This document shows, piece by piece, positions 45,944 to 53,728 of a stretch of DNA of 53,728 bases. The notes below the pieces were generated by a model that was not told where the DNA came from, made no database searches, and saw nothing but the letters and a program-made list of their open reading frames with translations. This stretch comes from an uncultured Chromatiales bacterium (GTDB lineage: Bacteria > Pseudomonadota > Gammaproteobacteria > SZUA-140): the NCBI GenBank assembly GCA_964384095.1, contig CAYLKC010000002.1, positions 1 to 53,728 on the forward strand, read 5' to 3'. Every line of letters starts with the position of its first letter. Position 1 is the first letter of the stretch. Made by a program: the position numbers and the translations under genes.

Positions 45944-47080
45944 TCAGGAGGATAGCAGTTTCCTGTGAGTATGTATCGACATGATGATCCCGAACGCGGC
46001 CATCACCGTGACCATCGATGTACCACCGTAACTGACCAGCGGTAGCGGCAGGCCGACTACCGGCAGCAGCCCGATGACCATCCCGATGTTGACGAAAGTA
46101 TATACGAAAAAGGTCAGTGTCAGACTGCCGGCGACCAGGCGGTTGAAGGTGTCCTGGGCCTGGGTCGCGATATACAGCCCGCGAATCACGATGAATATGT
46201 ACAGTGCGAGCAGCAGGACGATACCGATCAGCCCGAACTCCTCGGCGAACACCGCAAAGATGAAGTCGGTGCTGCGTTCGGGCAGGAATTCGAGCCGCGA
46301 TTGCGAGCCATTGAGCCAGCCCTTGCCATAGAGGCCGCCTGATCCGATCGCGATCTTCGACTGTATGATGTGGTAGCCGCTGCCGAGCGGGTCGCGTTCG
46401 GGATTCAGGAAGGTCAGTACGCGCTCGCGCTGGTAGTCCCTGAGCGTATACCACAGCAACGGGGCGCTTGCGGCGGCGGCTGTGCCCACCGCGACCAGGT
46501 AGCGCCAGCGCATGCCGGCGAGCAGCAGCACGAAGACACCGGCGCCGCCGATCAGAATCGAGGTCCCGAGGTCGGGCTGATTCATGATCAGCAGCACCGG
46601 CACCAGGATGATCAGCGAACCGAGCGCCAGCTGGCGCTTGTTCGGTGGCAGCGGATTCTCCGACAGATACCACGCGATCATGATCGGCACTGCGATCTTC
46701 ATCAATTCGGAGGGCTGAAAGCGGAACAGTCCGAGGTCGAGCCAGCGTTGCGCGCCCTTGCCGATATCGCCGAACAGCAGCACCCCGATGAGCAGCAACA
46801 GCCCGCCCGCGAACATCCATGGCGCCCAGTACTCTATATAGTGCGGCGGTACCTGGGCCAGTGCGAACATGATGGCGAAGGCGATCGCCAGGCGGAGGCC
46901 CTGGCGCATGAGCAGGTCGCTGTCCTGGCCGCTGGCGCTGTACAGAATGACGAGTCCGATCACCGCGAGGGTGATCAGGGCGACCAGCAACGGGATATCG
47001 AGATGCAGGCCGCGCACGAACATGCGCGAGCCGCGGCGGTCTCCCCAGCGGACGATGTTGCGTTGCCCGGCCGGGATCAT
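45944..47080 (-). CDS. rodA: peptidoglycan glycosyltransferase RodA (SEDS)
   Basis: 378-aa polytopic protein. PSELMK...IAVP and the C-terminal GGTS are SEDS signatures. It overlaps the mrdA stop by 4 nt. Confidence 0.93.
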   Translation of the reverse strand: MIPAGQRNIVRWGDRRGSRMFVRGLHLDIPLLVALITLAVIGLVILYSASGQDSDLLMRQGLRLAIAFAIMFALAQVPPHYIEYWAPWMFAGGLLLLIGVLLFGDIGKGAQRWLDLGLFRFQPSELMKIAVPIMIAWYLSENPLPPNKRQLALGSLIILVPVLLIMNQPDLGTSILIGGAGVFVLLLAGMRWRYLVAVGTAAAASAPLLWYTLRDYQRERVLTFLNPERDPLGSGYHIIQSKIAIGSGGLYGKGWLNGSQSRLEFLPERSTDFIFAVFAEEFGLIGIVLLLALYIFIVIRGLYIATQAQDTFNRLVAGSLTLTFFVYTFVNIGMVIGLLPVVGLPLPLVSYGGTSMVTVMAAFGIIMSIHTHRKLLSS

Positions 47081-48927
47081 GTCCCGCTGCCCCCGAGATA
47101 GTGGTCCATGACCTTGCGGGCGACCGGTGCTGCCGCGGCGGAACCGCTGCCGGCGTTCTCGACGATGACCGCGACCGCGATCCGCGGGTTCTCCACCGGC
47201 GCGAAACTGACGAACAGCGCATGATCGCGCAGCCGTTCGGCCACCTCTTCCTGGATATAGCGCTGGTCCTGGGCGATGCCGAAGACCTGCGCGGTGCCGG
47301 TCTTGCCGGCAATCTGATAGTGGGCGCCGTGACTGATCGTAAAGGCGGTGCCGCGCAGGGTATGTATGGTCTTGCGCATGGATTCGATGATATCGCGCCA
47401 GTTTTCCGGGTCGACGATCTCGACGGTGCCGGGCCGCGCCGGCTCAACGGGTTCATGCACGCCGGTATCCGGGGTCTCGATGGAGCGCACCAGTCTCGGC
47501 GTGAAACCGTGGCCCATGTTGGCGAGTATCGATGTTGATTGTGCGAGCTGCAGCGGGGTCACCAGCATGTAACCCTGGCCGATGCCGGTGATCAGTGTTT
47601 CGCCAGGGTACCAGGGCTGGCGCCGCGCGGAACGCTTCCAGTCGCGTGACGGCATCAGGCCGGGTGACTCGCTTCTGAGATCGATCCCGGTCGTGTGACC
47701 GATACTGAACAGGCTCAGATATTCATGCATGCGGTCGATGCCGAGCGTGCGTGCGAGGTCATAGAAATAGACGTCACAGGATTCAACGATCGCTTTTTCG
47801 AGATCGGTTGGACCGTGGCCGAGCTCACGCCAGTCGCGATAACGGTGGCTGTCGCCCTCGAGGCTGTACCAGCCCGGGCAGAAGGTCGTGGTATTGATCC
47901 TGACCTTGCCGCTCTCGAGGCCGGCAAGACCGATCAGCGGCTTGACCGTCGACCCTGGCGGATACTGCCCGTTCAGCGCGCGATTGAACAACGGCCGATC
48001 CGGTGAGTTCTGCAGTTCGTTGAAGGTCCGCGCATCGATGCCGGTTACGAACAGGTTCGGGTCGTACGAGGGCGTGCTGACGAAGGCGAGGACGTCGCCG
48101 CTGTCCGGATCGAGGGCAACGACGGCACCGCGGCGTCCTTCCAGCGCCTGTTCTGCAACCTGCTGCAGGCGCGCATCGAGCGCAAGGTGGAGGTTGCGAC
48201 CCGATGTCGGCGCGATGTGCGCGGCCTCGCGAATTCTCCTGCCGAGGACATTGACCTCGACCTGTTTGGAACCGACCTGTCCGTGCAGGATCTCCTCGTA
48301 GTAGCGTTCGACGCCGACCTTGCCGATGAAATTCGTCGCGCTGTAGTTGAGCGCGTCGAGCTGGCGCAGTTCCTCCTCGCTGATGCGCCCGACATAACCG
48401 ACCGCATGCGCGACCAGGGTGCCGTGGGGGTAATGGCGAATGACGCGCGCCTCGGTCTCGACGCCGGGAAAGAGATGACGATTGATCGCGAAATGCGCCA
48501 TTTCGCTGTCATTCAGATGAAAGCGCAGCGTGATGCTGTTGAACGGACGGCTCTGGCTTCTCTGCCGGTGGAAGCGGCGGATATCTTCATCGCTGATGGC
48601 GATGAATTCGCGCAGCTCCCCGATCGTGCGGTCGATGTCGGACACGCGCTCGGGGATGATCTCGAGGCTGAACGACGGGATGTTCTGGGCAAGGATCACG
48701 CCATTGCGGTCATAGATGAAGCCGCGCATCGGCGGTACCGCAACAATATTGATGCGATTTTCGTCAGACAGTGTCGAGAAGTGTGTGTGACTGATGACCT
48801 GGAGCCAGACCAGGCGGCCGCCGATCAGCAACAGCAGCAGTACGGTGATCGCCAGCGCGAAGGCCGCGCGCTCGTTGAACAGACGCGATTCCCGGATGTT
48901 GTCCTTGATCGTCAGCCGAATCGGCAT
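47077..48927 (-). CDS. mrdA: penicillin-binding protein 2 (elongasome transpeptidase)
   Basis: 616 aa with an N-terminal TM segment and STVKP (SxxK), SxN and KTGTAQ motifs. Confidence 0.94.
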   Translation of the reverse strand: MPIRLTIKDNIRESRLFNERAAFALAITVLLLLLIGGRLVWLQVISHTHFSTLSDENRINIVAVPPMRGFIYDRNGVILAQNIPSFSLEIIPERVSDIDRTIGELREFIAISDEDIRRFHRQRSQSRPFNSITLRFHLNDSEMAHFAINRHLFPGVETEARVIRHYPHGTLVAHAVGYVGRISEEELRQLDALNYSATNFIGKVGVERYYEEILHGQVGSKQVEVNVLGRRIREAAHIAPTSGRNLHLALDARLQQVAEQALEGRRGAVVALDPDSGDVLAFVSTPSYDPNLFVTGIDARTFNELQNSPDRPLFNRALNGQYPPGSTVKPLIGLAGLESGKVRINTTTFCPGWYSLEGDSHRYRDWRELGHGPTDLEKAIVESCDVYFYDLARTLGIDRMHEYLSLFSIGHTTGIDLRSESPGLMPSRDWKRSARRQPWYPGETLITGIGQGYMLVTPLQLAQSTSILANMGHGFTPRLVRSIETPDTGVHEPVEPARPGTVEIVDPENWRDIIESMRKTIHTLRGTAFTISHGAHYQIAGKTGTAQVFGIAQDQRYIQEEVAERLRDHALFVSFAPVENPRIAVAVIVENAGSGSAAAAPVARKVMDHYLGGSGT

Positions 48928-48946
48928 GCCTGCACCGCAGCGTCAG

Positions 48947-49426
48947 TCATGTGACCCGGAACCTGCGCCTCAGGTTGCGCAGGCCCAGGAAGAGTATCGG
49001 CCAGACCAGCATGCTGCTCAATGCCGGCAGCAGCCAGGTCCAGCCATGCGTGGTGTCGCCGGAGATCCCGGTGATCCACAGCTGCAGGATCAGGTGCAGG
49101 AACACCAGCACCAGCACGCTGCAGGCCTGCTGCCACAGCGGGAAGACGCGAATGCGCTGGTACAGTTGCAGCGTGATATAGGCGATGATCGCGAACGTCA
49201 GCGCGTGTTGGCCGAGCAGTCCCGCGCGCAGTACGTCGAGCAGCAGCCCCAGTGTCCAGCCGACACCGACACCGACCCGGTTCGGCAGAGCCATGCACCA
49301 GTAGATCAATACCAGCGCGACCCATTCCGGGCGTACGGCCGCGAACCAGTCCGGCAGCGGGACGATGGTCAGCATCATCGCGACGACGAAGCTGATAACG
49401 ATGATGCCGCCGCCGCGCGCCATCAA
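48947..49426 (-). CDS. mreD: rod shape-determining protein MreD
   Basis: 159-aa hydrophobic protein located between mreC and mrdA. Confidence 0.85.
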   Translation of the reverse strand: MMARGGGIIVISFVVAMMLTIVPLPDWFAAVRPEWVALVLIYWCMALPNRVGVGVGWTLGLLLDVLRAGLLGQHALTFAIIAYITLQLYQRIRVFPLWQQACSVLVLVFLHLILQLWITGISGDTTHGWTWLLPALSSMLVWPILFLGLRNLRRRFRVT

Positions 49427-50280
49427 TCCTGCTCCTGCGCGGCATCGTCATCCGCGACCTGGTCGGGTTGCACGACCAGCAGCACGACGCGGGTGCTTTC
49501 GAGCCGGGCCAGGGGTTCGGCGCTGACCCGTGCGAAAGGGCTGTCGGTCAGGCGTTCGATTTCGGTCACGCGAGCGACCGGATAGCCGGGCGGGAAGCGC
49601 CCGCCGAGGCCCGAGGTGACCAGTAGATCGCCTGCGGTGATGTCCGCGTTACGCGGCAGCGGTGACAGCTCGAGGCGGTGGGCCTCGCCGGTCCCCTGGG
49701 CGATCGCGCGCAGCCCGCTGCGGTTGACCTCGACCGGCAGGGCATGGCTGGGATCGGTGATCAGCATCGCGGTGCTGGTCATTGCCGAGACGCTGACGAC
49801 CTGGCCCATGACGCCGCTGGCGTCGAGCATCGGCTGTCCCTGGTGGATATTGTGGCGGCTGCCCTTGTTGAGCACGATCTGGCGCGAGAACGGCGCCATG
49901 TCGGCCGAGACCAGCTCGGCGATCAGCACCGGCTGGTTCAGGTCCGCGGATGAATCGAGGAGGTCGCGCAGCCGGTAGTTCTCGGCCTCCAGTGACTCGA
50001 GTTTCAGCAACTGGGTCTCGAGCAGCAACTGGCGGGCCCGCAGGGTGCGGTTTTCTTCCTCAAGCGTGCGCCGGGTGGAAAAACTTTCGCCCCACCAGTC
50101 ACCGGTCGCGTTCGGCAGGTTAACGAGATACTGGATCGGATAGACTACCCAGGACAGCACCTGGCGGACATTTTCCATGTGGTGCTGGCGGTGGTCGATC
50201 GTCATCATCGCGATCGACACGAGCACCAGCACCACCACCCGAAGGGTGATCGAGGGGCCCTGCAGGAATAGGGGTTTTAT
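49423..50280 (-). CDS. mreC: rod shape-determining protein MreC; N-terminus extended to an apparent ATA start
   Basis: The ORF track begins at the GTG at 50238. The open frame upstream reads IKPLFLQGPSITLRVVVLVLV, which aligns with E. coli MKPIFSRGPSLQIRLILAVLV. GAGAGG lies 6 nt upstream of the ATA at 50280. Confidence 0.85.
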   Translation of the reverse strand: MKPLFLQGPSITLRVVVLVLVSIAMMTIDHRQHHMENVRQVLSWVVYPIQYLVNLPNATGDWWGESFSTRRTLEEENRTLRARQLLLETQLLKLESLEAENYRLRDLLDSSADLNQPVLIAELVSADMAPFSRQIVLNKGSRHNIHQGQPMLDASGVMGQVVSVSAMTSTAMLITDPSHALPVEVNRSGLRAIAQGTGEAHRLELSPLPRNADITAGDLLVTSGLGGRFPPGYPVARVTEIERLTDSPFARVSAEPLARLESTRVVLLVVQPDQVADDDAAQEQD

Positions 50281-50345
50281 CTCACACCTCTCGTGATCGT
50301 CCTGTCACCCGCGGCGCGGCGCGGCGCCATCGCCAACGTCGCGGC

Positions 50346-51410
<1,065 letters not shown>

Positions 51411-51539
51411 TTATAAAGGTATGGGGCCAAGGCCGGTGATACTCTAGCAGCGGCACAAGGTCATAGCAATAAAAGCAAAGCAAGTTAAGTGCCAGAACTG
51501 TTGGCCTGCATCTGGCCGGGAGAAATACGGGAGTTCGTC

Positions 51540-51827
51540 ATGTCGCTGGACAAATCCGATGTCGAAAGGATCGCGCACCTCGCGCGTCTCGAGATCGACC
51601 CCGCTGCGGTCGATGGCTATTGCCGGAACCTGTCCGACATCCTCGCCTTCGTCGAGCAGATGAACGCCATGGATACGTCGGGCGTCGAACCGATGGCGCA
51701 TCCGCTGGATGCGGTGCAACGCCTGCGCCAGGACGAGGTCAGCGAGGCGGACCGGCGGGCGGAATTCCAGGCGATCGCCCCGCAGGTCGAGCGCGGCCTG
51801 TACCTGGTGCCGAAGGTCATCGAATAG
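51540..51827 (+). CDS. gatC: Asp/Glu-tRNA(Asn/Gln) amidotransferase subunit C
   Basis: [19 protein letters not shown]...[22 protein letters not shown] is the GatC signature. The ATG at 51540 is preferred over the ORF-track start at 51489. Confidence 0.92.
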   Translation: MSLDKSDVERIAHLARLEIDPAAVDGYCRNLSDILAFVEQMNAMDTSGVEPMAHPLDAVQRLRQDEVSEADRRAEFQAIAPQVERGLYLVPKVIE

Positions 51828-51834
51828 GCCCGTG

Positions 51835-53289
51835 ATGCACACCCGTACGATCAGCGAACTGGCCGCCGGCCTGCGCGCCGGCGAGTTCTCGAGCGAGGAG
51901 CTGACCCGCAGCCTGCTCGACCGCATCGCGCGCCTCGACCAGCGTTTGAACAGCTTCATCACCGTCACCGCCGACGACGCGCTGGCGCAGGCGCGCGCCG
52001 CCGACGGGCGTCTGCGCGCCGGCCGGGCCGGACCGCTCAACGGCATCCCGATCGCGCACAAGGACATCTTTTGTACCCGCGGCGTCAGGACCAGTTGCGC
52101 CTCGCGGATGCTCGACAACTTTATCTCGCCCTACGATGCGACCGTCGTCGAGCGCCTGCAACAGGCCGGCGCGGTGATGCTCGGCAAGACCAATATGGAC
52201 GAGTTCGCGATGGGTTCGTCGAACGAGACCAGCTGGTATGGTCCGGTGCGTAATCCCTGGAACACCGGGACCGTCCCCGGCGGCTCTTCCGGCGGCTCGG
52301 CGGCCGCGGTCGCCGCCCGGTTCGTGCCGGCCGCGACCGGCACCGACACCGGTGGCTCGATTCGCCAGCCGGCGGCGCTGTGCGGCGTCACCGGCCTCAA
52401 GCCGACCTACGGCGCGGTCTCGCGCTACGGCATGATCGCATTCGCGTCGAGCCTCGACCAGGCCGGACCGATCACGGCCAGCGCCGAGGACGCGGCGCGT
52501 GTCTACATGGCGATGGCCGGTTTCGACCCGCGGGATTCGACCAGCGTTGAACGTGCGCCGACGGACTGCCTCGCGACGCTGGACGCGCCGCTCAGAGGGC
52601 TGCGCATCGGTCTGCCCGGGGAATATTCAGATGCCGGACTCGATGCCGGCGTCGGTCGCGCCGTCGAGGAGGCGGTCGCGGTCTATGAGCGGCTCGGTGC
52701 GAAGATCGTCCGCATCAGTCTGCCGAACACCCGCCTGTCGGTGCCGGCCTATTACGTCGTCGCGCCGGCCGAGTGCTCGTCGAACCTCGCGCGCTTCGAC
52801 GGCGTCCGCTACGGCCATCGCTGCGCCGAGCCGCGCGACCTGATGGACCTGTACAAGCGCTCGCGTGGCGAGGGCTTCGGCGCCGAGGTCAAGCGCCGCA
52901 TCTTGGTCGGCACCTATGTGCTGTCTTCCGGTTACTACGACGCCTATTATCTGAAGGCGCAGCAGATTCGCCGCCTCATCAGCGCCGACTTTGCACGCGC
53001 CTTCGAGCAGGTCGATGTGATCATGGGACCGACCGCGCCGACGCCGGCCTTCGCGCTCGGCGCCAAGGACCAGGATCCGCTGACGATGTATCTCTGCGAC
53101 ATCTACACGATCGCGGCAAACCTCGCCGGTCTGCCGGGCATGTCGATCCCCTGCGGTTTCGTCGATGGTCTGCCAGTCGGCCTGCAGCTGATCGGCAACT
53201 ATTTCGACGAGGCGCGGCTGCTGAACGCGGCCCATGTCTACCAGGGCGAGACCGACTGGCACCGGCGGCTGCCGGCCGGCTTCGAATAG
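51835..53289 (+). CDS. gatA: Asp/Glu-tRNA(Asn/Gln) amidotransferase subunit A
   Basis: [23 protein letters not shown]... with the amidase signature [13 protein letters not shown]. The ORF-track start at 51709 lies inside gatC. Confidence 0.95.
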   Translation: MHTRTISELAAGLRAGEFSSEELTRSLLDRIARLDQRLNSFITVTADDALAQARAADGRLRAGRAGPLNGIPIAHKDIFCTRGVRTSCASRMLDNFISPYDATVVERLQQAGAVMLGKTNMDEFAMGSSNETSWYGPVRNPWNTGTVPGGSSGGSAAAVAARFVPAATGTDTGGSIRQPAALCGVTGLKPTYGAVSRYGMIAFASSLDQAGPITASAEDAARVYMAMAGFDPRDSTSVERAPTDCLATLDAPLRGLRIGLPGEYSDAGLDAGVGRAVEEAVAVYERLGAKIVRISLPNTRLSVPAYYVVAPAECSSNLARFDGVRYGHRCAEPRDLMDLYKRSRGEGFGAEVKRRILVGTYVLSSGYYDAYYLKAQQIRRLISADFARAFEQVDVIMGPTAPTPAFALGAKDQDPLTMYLCDIYTIAANLAGLPGMSIPCGFVDGLPVGLQLIGNYFDEARLLNAAHVYQGETDWHRRLPAGFE

Positions 53290-53302
53290 CGGGAAACGGA
53301 TC

Positions 53303-53728
53303 ATGGAATGGGAAACGGTGATCGGGCTGGAGACGCATGTCCAGCTGAAGACGCAGAGCAAGATCTTCTCCGGCGCGCCGACCGCCTATGGTGCAGAGCC
53401 GAATACGCAGGCCTGCGCAATCGATCTCGGCCTGCCAGGCGTGCTGCCGGTGCTGAATGGTGAGGCGGTGCGGCTGGCGGCGCGCTTCGGCGTCGCGATC
53501 GGCGCCGGGGTTGCCGGGCGCTCGGTGTTTGCGCGCAAGAATTATTTCTATCCCGATCTGCCGAAGGGCTACCAGATCAGCCAGTACGAGCTGCCGATCG
53601 TCAGCGGTGGCCGGCTCGAGATCACGCTCGGCGATGACGCCGTCAAGGTGATCCGCATCACCCGCGCGCATCTCGAGGAGGACGCCGGCAAGTCGCTGCA
53701 TGAGGACTTCCACGGCATGACCGGCATC
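53303..53728 (+). CDS. gatB: Asp/Glu-tRNA(Asn/Gln) amidotransferase subunit B; N-terminal 142 aa, runs off the right edge
   Basis: [25 protein letters not shown]...[17 protein letters not shown]...AHLEEDAGK is the GatB signature. Confidence 0.93.
   Translation, partial: MEWETVIGLETHVQLKTQSKIFSGAPTAYGAEPNTQACAIDLGLPGVLPVLNGEAVRLAARFGVAIGAGVAGRSVFARKNYFYPDLPKGYQISQYELPIVSGGRLEITLGDDAVKVIRITRAHLEEDAGKSLHEDFHGMTGI

Noticed and set aside
45942-47456. N-terminal roughly 500 aa of the 779-aa minus-strand ORF that ends as RlpA
   Set aside because: This part is out of frame and overlaps rodA and the end of mrdA. Only the part from the lipoprotein signal (MPMPLRNHGTWLLALLLAGC, start 45941) resembles RlpA.

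Overview
This is a 53.7-kb chromosomal window from a high-GC gammaproteobacterium. That assignment rests on gene order (glyQS-gmhB-plsC, lptD-surA-pdxA-rsmA, mreBCD-mrdA-rodA-rlpA-dac-ybeD-lipB-lipA, mreB divergent from gatCAB); the exact taxon cannot be determined from the sequence alone. About 55 genes are called, most of them housekeeping. Three blocks look accessory. (1) A Moco block at 12.5-18.5 kb holds moaACDE behind a long structured leader. It is divergent from an odd operon encoding a Kelch propeller, a ThiF/MoeB-like E1 and a rhodanese-E1 fusion. (2) A metal block at 18.6-25.4 kb holds nikL-like/nikM/nikQ/nikO, copZ-csoR-copA and nikR. (3) An uncharacterised envelope cluster at 26.2-33.6 kb encodes a secreted acidic protein, a LolA-like protein, an RHH/zinc-ribbon regulator, two beta-barrel proteins and an 854-aa TPR + beta-barrel protein. 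It converges on an ABC-2 exporter whose ATPase carries a Trp-rich tandem-repeat tail. The most unusual non-coding signal is a family of four 107-111 bp hairpin elements. Each has a conserved REP-like loop flanked by perfectly complementary 29-bp arms that differ between copies, and all four sit between convergent genes. Two genes (the ThiF-like E1 and mreC) have homology-supported N-termini that begin at ATC and ATA rather than a canonical start codon. All identifications come from reading the translations and nucleotides by eye; no database search was run.
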